The translations under genes were made by a program, and so were the position numbers. 20,790 nt of DNA from the NCBI GenBank assembly GCA_038826135.1, contig JAWBON010000019.1:1-20790 (forward strand). Reading direction: 5' to 3'. Positions 1-7,649 of the stretch are shown in pieces. The notes under the pieces were generated by a model. It saw only the letters and a program-made list of their open reading frames with translations, was not told the origin of the DNA and did no database searches. Origin of the DNA: Candidatus Odinarchaeota archaeon. GTDB lineage: Archaea; Asgardarchaeota; Odinarchaeia; Odinarchaeales; Odinarchaeaceae. How positions within the stretch are numbered: position 1 is the first letter of the stretch; each line of letters begins with the position of its first letter.

Positions 1-1674
1 TATTATTTTAGAAGCTGCGTGATCAACAGCTCGGATTGCTATAGAGCTGAATAATAATGGTATAGCGCCACCTACTAGAAGACCTATAAAAACATAAACG
101 TTCGCGACGTTTATCAATCCTATACCTGTGTCTTCGACATATGACCAGAATAATGCTACAGCAGCGATTACAGCTGAAGCTATTGCAATACCTTTTGTAA
201 TAGCTTTAGTAGTGTTCCCTACGGCGTCAAGCTGCCCCAGGATTTCAGCAGCTTCACCTTCTTTTAACCCTGCCATTTCACCTATACCCTGAGCATTATC
301 TGAGACTGGGCCGAATGTGTCCATTGAGATATTGTTACCTGTAAGCGTCAGCATTCCTATACCGCATAAAGCTACACCGTAGAATATGAATACAGGAGGT
401 AAACCTGCGAATATCACGGCGGAGATTAGTATAGCTGTTGCTATAACTATAATATTCCATACACTGCCTTCGTAACCTACAGATAAACCTCTGAGAATAG
501 TCGTAGCTGCACCTGTATTGGTTGATCTTGCAAGACCTTTAACAGCAGAGTGTTTTATAGAGGTGAACCGGTCTGTCAGCTCATTGATGGAGATGGCTAG
601 TACAACCCCGGCTAATGTAGCTATAGATAATCTTACTGAGAGTAGAATCGGATCAATACCGATTGGTAATCCCGGTGGATTTGATAAACCGATATATAGA
701 ATGCCTGCTATGAAGAACCCGGCTATAGAGATAGATGCGGAAGTGTTGAAACCGAATTTAATCGATCTTAATGCGTCTTTCATCTCCCCTCTGGCTTTAA
801 CAAAGTATGTCCCGATTATTGAAGAAATTAAACCTATAGCTCTTACTATTAACGGGAAGATTACACCCGCAAATCCCAATGCCAGATAGCCTAAAATCAT
901 AGCGGAAACGATTGTAACCTCGTATGATTCGAATATATCCGCAGCCATACCAGCGCAGTCGCCGACATTATCCCCTACAAGATCAGCTATCACAGCAGGG
1001 TTTCTCGGATCATCTTCAGGTATTCCCTTTTCAACTTTTCCAACCATGTCCGCCCCTACATCGGCAGCTTTAGTATATATTCCACCACCAATCCGCATAA
1101 ATAACGCTATAAGTGATCCTCCGAAACCGTATCCGAGTAAAACTTCGAAAGCATATTGTTGATATATCATGAATACTATGACACCGCCAAGTAAACCAAG
1201 ACCGTCGGTTAACATACCCGCAATTGTCCCTGTCCTATAACCTATTTGCAAAGCTTCACTGAAAGTTCTTCTAGCAGCGCTTGCAACTCTAACATTACCC
1301 CTTGTAGCCATGTTCATGCCTATATAGCCTACACTGGCTGAGAAAACCGAGCCCATTACGAAAGCGCCAGCTCGACCTGCACCGTAAAATACCGCTTCAG
1401 GAGTACCAGCCGTGTAATATGATGTTGTCGCCAGATACGCTGTAAAGAATAATGCGATTGTCAGTACACTTACAATTGGAAAAATAGCTCGGAATTGCTT
1501 CTTAAGATAGCTGTTAGCACCACCTCGGATAGCTTTAGCTATCTTAACCATAGCTGGTGTACCCTCATCTTTACGAAGAATCTGTTTAATTAAAAGAACA
1601 GCGTAAACAAGGCCGCTGACGGATACTAGGAGGATAAACCATAGAAGCGCCCATTCTAATGTGATTTGAAACAT
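1..1674 (-). CDS. hppA: Membrane-bound proton-translocating pyrophosphatase, K+-independent type (3' end runs off the window; missing from ORF track)
   Basis: Manual translation from ATG 1674 (GGAG SD at 1686-1689) is open to position 1. It contains GGGIYTKAADVGADMVGKVEKGIPEDDPRNPAVIADLVGDNVGDCAGMAADIFESY and LDAVGNTTKAITKG, plus many hydrophobic helices. Confidence 0.97.
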   Translation of the reverse strand, partial: MFQITLEWALLWFILLVSVSGLVYAVLLIKQILRKDEGTPAMVKIAKAIRGGANSYLKKQFRAIFPIVSVLTIALFFTAYLATTSYYTAGTPEAVFYGAGRAGAFVMGSVFSASVGYIGMNMATRGNVRVASAARRTFSEALQIGYRTGTIAGMLTDGLGLLGGVIVFMIYQQYAFEVLLGYGFGGSLIALFMRIGGGIYTKAADVGADMVGKVEKGIPEDDPRNPAVIADLVGDNVGDCAGMAADIFESYEVTIVSAMILGYLALGFAGVIFPLIVRAIGLISSIIGTYFVKARGEMKDALRSIKFGFNTSASISIAGFFIAGILYIGLSNPPGLPIGIDPILLSVRLSIATLAGVVLAISINELTDRFTSIKHSAVKGLARSTNTGAATTILRGLSVGYEGSVWNIIVIATAILISAVIFAGLPPVFIFYGVALCGIGMLTLTGNNISMDTFGPVSDNAQGIGEMAGLKEGEAAEILGQLDAVGNTTKAITKGIAIASAVIAAVALFWSYVEDTGIGLINVANVYVFIGLLVGGAIPLLFSSIAIRAVDHAASKII

Positions 1675-1742
1675 ATTATTGTCAACTCCAGTAAAGTAGA
1701 CTGCAATATTTTAGCTGTATTTCACTGAGTATTAACAACTTA

Positions 1743-1756
1743 CTTATAAATTTATA
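1743..1756 (-). promoter_or_regulatory. Probable TATA box for hppA
   Basis: TTTATAAG on minus strand (1750-1743), ~70 nt upstream of the ATG, within the palindrome TATAAATTTATA (1745-1756). Confidence 0.5.
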
Positions 1757-1769
1757 TGTTAAATTCTTT

Positions 1770-2774
1770 TTAGCCGCCGAAGAATCTGCGGATCTCTTCA
1801 GCAGCTTTCTCAGGCGCTACCTCGTTTACAGGAAGACCCAGGCTTATTTCGAAACCTGTTTCGAAATAAAATCTTGGAAAAACTCGGATATACATATGAT
1901 ATTTTTCGTTTCTAACTGTTTGATTAATAATAAAGTTGTAGGAGGGGTTCTCAAGCACACAGTTGAAAGCTCGGCAAACATCTCTTAAGGTTAGAGCGAG
2001 CTCAATAAACTCCTCATCTTTTAATTTATTTATATTATTAACATGAGATTTAGGGATCACCCAAACCTCATACGGGAACATAGCCGCATAGGGGCTTATA
2101 ACGATAGTTGATTTCTCCTCAAACACGAATCTGGGAGAGTTTCTCTCCCGAGCTATCACGTCCTCTATTAAACATTTTTCAGCCCCCTCCAGCATATTAA
2201 GCTCTTTAATAACACGGTCTGGGAGAATGTTTGAAGAGATAATGTGGCTGTGGGGGTGTAGGAGAGTGCCACCGGATTTAGGACCGTGATTTTTAGATAT
2301 ACTTATAAACTGGGCTCTCTCATCTTTTCCAAGCTCGTTGAAACGATCCCTGTAGACTTGAAATAATAATTTAACAGAGTCCGAGTTCATATTATGAAAG
2401 TAATTAGTATGATTTGGTGTGTCAATAATTAGCTCATGAACTCCGAATGGAACAATATATGTTAAACCTTTATCCTCTACTGGTGAAGGCTGCTCGGTAG
2501 ATTCGAAAACGGGGAATTTATTATCTAAAACTTTAACAAGCCATGACGTCTCCCGGGTATCCCCGCCTTCAACCTTGCTGACAATGTTACCGGCCTCATC
2601 CTTCAAGTATACTTGTTTAGCTGGTGCTAGATTCATCTCTTTACCAGGGCAGAGAGGGCATTCAAAACCAGGTTTCTCAGCCATTTCCTCAGGCAAGCCT
2701 TTAGGTCTAATGCTCCTAATAGTTGCTATGAGCACTTTCTCATCGGTTAAATAATCTTTTCTTAACTGGTTCAA
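1770..2774 (-). CDS. GalT-family (HIT superfamily) nucleotidyltransferase/phosphorylase
   Basis: N-terminal LRKD...R..RP, CPLCPG zinc motif, VLDNKFP, GVHELIIDTPNH, KNHG..SGGTLLHPHSH, FPYEVWVIPK. TTG start with GGTGA SD. Confidence 0.88.
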   Translation of the reverse strand: MNQLRKDYLTDEKVLIATIRSIRPKGLPEEMAEKPGFECPLCPGKEMNLAPAKQVYLKDEAGNIVSKVEGGDTRETSWLVKVLDNKFPVFESTEQPSPVEDKGLTYIVPFGVHELIIDTPNHTNYFHNMNSDSVKLLFQVYRDRFNELGKDERAQFISISKNHGPKSGGTLLHPHSHIISSNILPDRVIKELNMLEGAEKCLIEDVIARERNSPRFVFEEKSTIVISPYAAMFPYEVWVIPKSHVNNINKLKDEEFIELALTLRDVCRAFNCVLENPSYNFIINQTVRNEKYHMYIRVFPRFYFETGFEISLGLPVNEVAPEKAAEEIRRFFGG

Positions 2775-2797
2775 AAGGATTCACCAACTCGGCGGGT

Positions 2798-2828
2798 TAT
2801 ATTATAAAGTATGTAACCTATTATAAAT
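2798..2828. promoter_or_regulatory. Divergent promoter region with two TATA-like boxes
   Basis: TATTATAAA occurs twice (2800-2808, 2819-2827) in the 92-bp gap between head-to-head genes. The first reads TTTATAATA on minus and the second TTATAAAT on plus. Confidence 0.5.
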
Positions 2829-2866
2829 ATGTTTTTACACTGCTTAATTAAATATACGAGTAGAAA

Positions 2867-4015
2867 GTGAGCAAGGTGCTTGATTTGCCTAAAACTAGTA
2901 GAGGAGACTACAATAAGTTCTTGAAAAAAGCCTACGACGCTGAGAATAAAGCCTTCAAGCAATGGGATAAGAATAATTTTCTTAAAGCAGCAGAATTATT
3001 TAAAGACTCTGCAGAGTGGTTTGAGAAAGCTAAACAGGCAGCCACCACTATTGATGAAAAAGTGTTAACCACATCTAACTTTTTTGTAGAGTTAAGTAAC
3101 CATTACTGGGTTTCAGGTCTTAAAAAATATTCTGACGATGAAGAATACGATGACGCTGCCGAGCTTTTTAAAAAAGCCATATTAAATAAGAAGAAAGCTT
3201 TAGAGGCGGATAAAGAGGATCTTCCGTTTAGGAAAGGGTTAGCCGGACAGAAGGAGGTTAAGAGAAGAGAGTGGAGGTTATTTCAGCAATCCACTTTAAG
3301 AGAATTATACGCTTATTATTTTCTTTCCGTCGGGCTTAAAGCCGAGAAAGAGAAGAAGACTAAGATTGCATTAGAGAATTTCGAGAACGCTGCAGCAAGC
3401 TATAATCAGCAGATTAAATATTTGAAAAGTGTTAAAAAACCGTATTATCTCGTTCAACTATATCTTTTGAAAACATATCTTAAGATAGCTCAGTGTAAAA
3501 AAGAGCTGAATAAAGTGAATGAGGCTGTAAACGATTATAACCGTATAATAAGCCAGGTTGAAAAACTTGATAAGCGCCATAAAATGAGAGCTGAAGCGAT
3601 TCTAGCACTTGCAAACGCGGAGCTGGGGGAATGCTATAAGGAATTAGACAGGGAGGGTGAAGCGGTTAACTATTATTGGCGTTTCCTAGAGTGGGCTAAA
3701 AAAGTTAAACTAGACAGGGAGCAGGCTCTAGAAGTGGCCAGATGTATTTGTATAATCACAATTATAAACATTAAATTAGGGAACACCAGTGAAGTGGATA
3801 AGGCTATTAAAGAATTCAAGTCCGGTAAAATATTCGGTAAAAATATAAGAGAAGTTCAAAGAGACCCATGGTATAATCTAGCTTCCTTAATCTCAGAATA
3901 TTATAAAACCGGTGATGAAAAAATCTTTAAAGACGCTAAAGTCGTGTATGAGAAAATGATTGATAAGAAAGACAGATTCATAACAAGGTTCTTTGAGAAA
4001 ACTGAGAATATCTAA
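2867..4015 (+). CDS. TPR-like alpha-helical repeat protein, SNAP (NSF attachment protein)-like pattern
   Basis: 382 aa, Lys/Glu/Ala-rich, with recurring helical repeats (KAAELFKDSAEWFEKA, YDDAAELFKKA, ALENFENAAASY, EAVNDYNRII, ELGECYKELDREGEAVNYY). Confidence 0.75.
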   Translation: MSKVLDLPKTSRGDYNKFLKKAYDAENKAFKQWDKNNFLKAAELFKDSAEWFEKAKQAATTIDEKVLTTSNFFVELSNHYWVSGLKKYSDDEEYDDAAELFKKAILNKKKALEADKEDLPFRKGLAGQKEVKRREWRLFQQSTLRELYAYYFLSVGLKAEKEKKTKIALENFENAAASYNQQIKYLKSVKKPYYLVQLYLLKTYLKIAQCKKELNKVNEAVNDYNRIISQVEKLDKRHKMRAEAILALANAELGECYKELDREGEAVNYYWRFLEWAKKVKLDREQALEVARCICIITIINIKLGNTSEVDKAIKEFKSGKIFGKNIREVQRDPWYNLASLISEYYKTGDEKIFKDAKVVYEKMIDKKDRFITRFFEKTENI

Positions 4016-4076
4016 AGGTTTATTTAAGAAAACATATAAAATAATTATTAATCAGATTCATCCAGGATGTGTCGTT

Positions 4077-4775
4077 TTGAAAATCTTAATCACAGGAGCT
4101 ACTAGAGCTGGTAAAAGCACTTTAATAAGAACTCTGACAAACGGGAAGAGCATAAGTGTTGATAAACACGGAACCACGGTAGCGTTAGATCACGGTGTTA
4201 TAACAGTTAGAGGTATAAAACTCTACTTATTCGGTACACCCGGATTAGAGCACTTCAGTGTTTTAAGAAAGATTCTATCCGAGGGAGCGGATGGAATAAT
4301 ATTCGTAGTTGACAGTGAAGACAAGTCGAACGATAATCTTGCAAAACTCGTCTGGAGAGAGATAGCTTCACTAGCTCCAGCAGTCCCATGCATAGTCGCT
4401 GCTAATAAACAGGATAAGGCTAACGCTAGAAAACCCAGTGAATTACGCAGAGACTTGAAATTCCTCTCCGGTGTTCCCATAATCCCCACCAGCGCCAAAG
4501 ACAATTTCAATTTAAACGTGTTAGTGAACTCTATGCTAACAATATTAATAGGCGAGTTGAGCCCGCTGCTTAAAAAAATAGAGAAATACAGTGACGTGAA
4601 AGAGGGAATCAAGAAAGTCATGAACGATATGAAAATCGATTATGAGAAGATAAAATCCTATTTAAACTGGCTTGAGTACAGGGAACTTGTGGAAGTGGAT
4701 TGGGAGAAAGGCAGCTACTCTATGAGACGGGAGCTTAAAGAATTATTAGATGCTGAAAGCCCGCCTATTTTCTGA
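4077..4775 (+). CDS. Small GTPase of the MglA/CvnD-like (Ras superfamily) type with C-terminal winged-helix-like extension
   Basis: G1 GATRAGKST, switch I TTVALDHG, G3 FGTPGL, G4 NKQD, G5 SAK. Start moved from the track's 3993 to TTG 4077 (GGATGTG SD-like site just upstream, AT-rich TATA-like region 4021-4045). Confidence 0.9.
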   Translation: MKILITGATRAGKSTLIRTLTNGKSISVDKHGTTVALDHGVITVRGIKLYLFGTPGLEHFSVLRKILSEGADGIIFVVDSEDKSNDNLAKLVWREIASLAPAVPCIVAANKQDKANARKPSELRRDLKFLSGVPIIPTSAKDNFNLNVLVNSMLTILIGELSPLLKKIEKYSDVKEGIKKVMNDMKIDYEKIKSYLNWLEYRELVEVDWEKGSYSMRRELKELLDAESPPIF

Positions 4776-4786
4776 ATTTTAACGGG

Positions 4787-4803
4787 CGAAAAGTATTTAA
4801 GCA
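4787..4803 (+). promoter_or_regulatory. BRE + TATA promoter of the aro operon
   Basis: CGAAAA (4787-4792) followed by TATTTAAGCA. Implies a transcription start near 4825, ~230 nt before aroA'. Confidence 0.65.
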
Positions 4804-4849
4804 TATAACAGTTTAATCTATCAGCGTCTATTTATTAGAGGTGCAGGAT

Positions 4850-4918
4850 TTGGCGGGGTGTTGGAGGTATAACTTTTTTGGAAGATATTCAAAACCTCCT
4901 ACAGGATACTCCGCTTAA
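4850..4918 (+). CDS. Putative aromatic-rich leader peptide [22 protein letters not shown] (22 aa; 25 aa if GTG 4841 is used)
   Basis: GAGGTG SD (4838-4843), 6-nt spacer, TTG 4850, TAA 4916-4918. 6 of 22 residues are W/Y/F. Confidence 0.55.
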   Translation: MAGCWRYNFFGRYSKPPTGYSA

Positions 4919-5057
4919 ACCAGTTTTAAGCACCAGCATATTACCGGCTATAATTAAATCTTCGCTTGATTTTATGCCGTATAAGATTTTTTTAAAAGAA
5001 TCTGTTTTAGAAAACAATGTCTATATTAAAATCTTTGAAAGGGGGTTAAATAGTTGA
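4878..5057 (+). CDS. Putative 59-aa uORF ([12 protein letters not shown]...FERGLNS) of unknown function
   Basis: GGAGGT SD (4863-4868), 9-nt spacer, TTG 4878. Its TGA overlaps the aroA' TTG as TTGA. Confidence 0.45.
   Translation: MEDIQNLLQDTPLKPVLSTSILPAIIKSSLDFMPYKIFLKESVLENNVYIKIFERGLNS
4945..4993 (+). terminator. Terminator-like hairpin plus T7 tract inside the aro leader
   Basis: CGGC(4945-48)/GCCG(4976-79) and AAATC(4956-60)/GATTT(4968-72) stems, then TTTTTTT at 4987-4993. Confidence 0.4.
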
Positions 5058-5830
5058 ATGGCAAAAAAATAAGACTTTCTAGAATTATGAAAAACGGAAA
5101 AGCGGTAATAATACCGATGGATCACGGTGTAAGCAACGGTCCTATGGATGGAATAGTGAAAATAGAAGACACTATTAGAAAACTCGAGGAAGGAGGGGCT
5201 ACTGCAATACTCACACATAAGGGAATAGTTCGAAGCCTAAGCCAGGTTCCTAAAACAGGCGTAATAGTTCATTTCTCAGCTTCAACCTCAATGTCCCCTG
5301 ATACAAACTGGAAAGTCCAGGTTGGAAGCGTTGAGGAAGCTATAAGACTGGGCGCGGATGCGGTCTCAGTCCACGTTAACATAGGATGCGATCGAGAGCC
5401 AGAGATGCTTATGAAACTGGGTGGAATAGCTGAAGCCTGTGATGAATGGCAGATACCTCTACTAGCTATGATGTACCCTAGAGGTAAAAACGTGAAAGAC
5501 CCCTTCGACCCTAAAACAGTAGCCCATGTTGCACGGGTTGGAGCTGAACTCGGAGCTGATATAATTAAAACCAATTACACTGGAAGCCCGGAAACATTCA
5601 GACAGGTTGTTGAAGGCTGCCCTGTACCTGTTGTTATAGCAGGCGGCCCGAAAATGGATTCAGATCAAGCAGTTTTAGAAATGGTTAAGGGAGCCATGCA
5701 AGCGGGAGCTGTCGGAGTTTCAATGGGTAGAAACGTATTCCAGCACAGAAACATAGCCGGGATGACCAGAGCTTTATACAAGATAATAGTTGAAGGAGCC
5801 ACTGTTAAAGAGGCTGCTAAAGAATTATAG
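5054..5830 (+). CDS. aroA': 2-amino-3,7-dideoxy-D-threo-hept-6-ulosonate (ADH) synthase, class I aldolase DhnA family
   Basis: [70 protein letters not shown]. Adjacent to DHQ synthase II. Confidence 0.93.
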   Translation: MNGKKIRLSRIMKNGKAVIIPMDHGVSNGPMDGIVKIEDTIRKLEEGGATAILTHKGIVRSLSQVPKTGVIVHFSASTSMSPDTNWKVQVGSVEEAIRLGADAVSVHVNIGCDREPEMLMKLGGIAEACDEWQIPLLAMMYPRGKNVKDPFDPKTVAHVARVGAELGADIIKTNYTGSPETFRQVVEGCPVPVVIAGGPKMDSDQAVLEMVKGAMQAGAVGVSMGRNVFQHRNIAGMTRALYKIIVEGATVKEAAKEL

Positions 5831-5843
5831 ACAGGTGAATGAG

Positions 5844-6938
5844 TTGAGTAAAGAAGTCTGGGTGGATCTTTCAAATCAGAAATGGCCTTCGAAAAAAGAG
5901 GTTTTAACCACTGCTCTAGAACGTGGAATCAGCACAGTGATACTCGATGAAGAGGATATACCTAAAGCTAGAAAAATAGGGCAGTTAAAAATAGCCACAT
6001 ATTATAAAGATTTAAAGACACCCTCTGAGGCCGATTTCCAAATAATTGAAAATGTAAAAACCAGTGAACAAACGCAAAAAATAAGCGAAAGTATACAGGC
6101 TAGAAGATATGAAATAAACAGTAACGAGGATGTTTTAATAATTAAAGAAGAGAAAAACACACTGCCATATTTTATAATATCAGCTAAAAACTGGAAGGTA
6201 ATCCCCCTAGAGAATCTAATAGCGGAATTCCAGAACAGTAGAACAAAACTTATCGCAGAGGTTAACAGTATTGAAGAGGCCAAACTGTTCCTTCAAACCT
6301 TGGAGAAAGGTGTAGACGGCGTGTTATTAAAGAATCCAACAATAGACCAAGTGATCGAGACAGCCAAGATATTGAAAGAATTTTACAAGCAGAAAACCGA
6401 ACTCACACCAGCTAAAATAACCGTGATAAAACAGTTAGGAGCTGGCGACAGAGTTTGCATAGACACATGCTCAATACTTCGAAAAGGAGAGGGTATCCTA
6501 GTAGGTTCCCAGTCAAAAGGCCTATTTCTAGTCCATTCTGAAAGTTTGGAGTCTGAATACGTTGCTTCCAGGCCTTTCAGAGTAAACGCGGGACCGGTTC
6601 ACTCCTATGTTTTAACACCCGGTAATAAAACCAAGTATCTTTCCGAGCTGAAAGCAGGAGATGAAATCCTAGTTGTTAGCAGTAAAGGAGAGACTTTTAC
6701 AGCTATTATCGGCCGTGTTAAAATCGAGGTAAGACCGTTAATACTGGTAGAGGCTGAAGTTAAAGGTGAAACCTATAAGATAATACTTCAGAACGCTGAG
6801 ACTATAAGACTGGTTGACAGTAAAGGTGAGCCTGTGTCTATAACCCAGTTAAAAGTCGGAGATCAAGTCCTGTTAAATATTAGAGAAGGGGCCCGCCACT
6901 TCGGAACCCAAATCCAGGAGACAATAATAGAACGGTAG
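5844..6938 (+). CDS. aroB': 3-dehydroquinate synthase II (oxidative deaminating)
   Basis: WKVIPLENLIA, LEKGVDGVL, GDRVCIDTCS, SRPFRVNAGPVHSY, VGRVKIE-type GRVKIEVRPL, LQNAETIRLV, RHFG..IQETIIE. Start moved to TTG 5844 (AGGTGA SD). Confidence 0.95.
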   Translation: MSKEVWVDLSNQKWPSKKEVLTTALERGISTVILDEEDIPKARKIGQLKIATYYKDLKTPSEADFQIIENVKTSEQTQKISESIQARRYEINSNEDVLIIKEEKNTLPYFIISAKNWKVIPLENLIAEFQNSRTKLIAEVNSIEEAKLFLQTLEKGVDGVLLKNPTIDQVIETAKILKEFYKQKTELTPAKITVIKQLGAGDRVCIDTCSILRKGEGILVGSQSKGLFLVHSESLESEYVASRPFRVNAGPVHSYVLTPGNKTKYLSELKAGDEILVVSSKGETFTAIIGRVKIEVRPLILVEAEVKGETYKIILQNAETIRLVDSKGEPVSITQLKVGDQVLLNIREGARHFGTQIQETIIER

Positions 6939-7637
6939 ATGGTTTATTTGATAGGCTCCACATTAATATGCGTCTCAATAGTAAAGAGGACGCTGGTCGA
7001 AATAATCAAGGCAGCTAACACACTGTTAAAAGAACCCGTAGACCTCTTAGAGCTCAGACTAGACTATCTTAAACCATTACCAGAACTAGAACAAGTTCTC
7101 AAACTATTAGACGTTAAAAAACCTAAAATAATCACGTTTAGACCTAGAAGCGAGGGCGGTGAAAGCGATCTTGACGATGAAAGCAGAATAAATATTTTCA
7201 AAGAATTCATTAAAAAAAGAGTTGAATATGTGGACATCGAGTATTCAACTCTGAAAAATAAAGAGGTGTTGAAAGAAGCGGAAAACTATAATGTGAAAAC
7301 AATACTTTCAAAACATATATTAGATGAAACACCCTCTTTTAAAGAGTTAAAGACACTACTAAATAATATGATGGTTTTAAAACCGTCTTTTATAAAAATA
7401 TCAACAATGATAATGGATAAAGATGACGTGATAACACTCTCCAAGCTTATAAGCTACGCTAACAAGAAGAATACTCCGATAGTGGTTACTGGAATGGGCG
7501 AGCTTGGAAAAATCACCCGGATATTAAACCCTATAATGGGCTCTAAGATAACCTACTGCAGCATGCCAGGTGAACCTGCAGCTCCAGGCCAACTAGATTA
7601 TAATAAAACTATAACAATGTTAAAAGAATTATTCTAG
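6939..7637 (+). CDS. aroD: Type I 3-dehydroquinate dehydratase
   Basis: DLLELRLDYL, ITFRP..EGG, YVDIEY, SKH...TP, KIS (Schiff-base Lys), GMGELGKITRI, APGQL. Confidence 0.93.
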   Translation: MVYLIGSTLICVSIVKRTLVEIIKAANTLLKEPVDLLELRLDYLKPLPELEQVLKLLDVKKPKIITFRPRSEGGESDLDDESRINIFKEFIKKRVEYVDIEYSTLKNKEVLKEAENYNVKTILSKHILDETPSFKELKTLLNNMMVLKPSFIKISTMIMDKDDVITLSKLISYANKKNTPIVVTGMGELGKITRILNPIMGSKITYCSMPGEPAAPGQLDYNKTITMLKELF

Positions 7638-7649
7638 GAGGTATATTAA

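Noticed and set aside
518-889. 123-aa plus-strand ORF in the track
   Set aside because: Antisense shadow of the highly conserved hppA frame, with no independent motif.
2771-2962. 63-aa minus-strand ORF
   Set aside because: Spans the divergent promoter and antisense of the TPR gene. The GalT gene has its own SD and TTG start.
3993-4076. Track's N-terminal extension of the GTPase
   Set aside because: Overlaps the upstream gene and an AT-rich promoter-like gap. G1 begins right after TTG 4077, which has an SD-like site.
5790-5843. Track's N-terminal extension of aroB'
   Set aside because: Overlaps aroA' by 41 nt. TTG 5844 has an AGGTGA SD and matches the family N-terminus.
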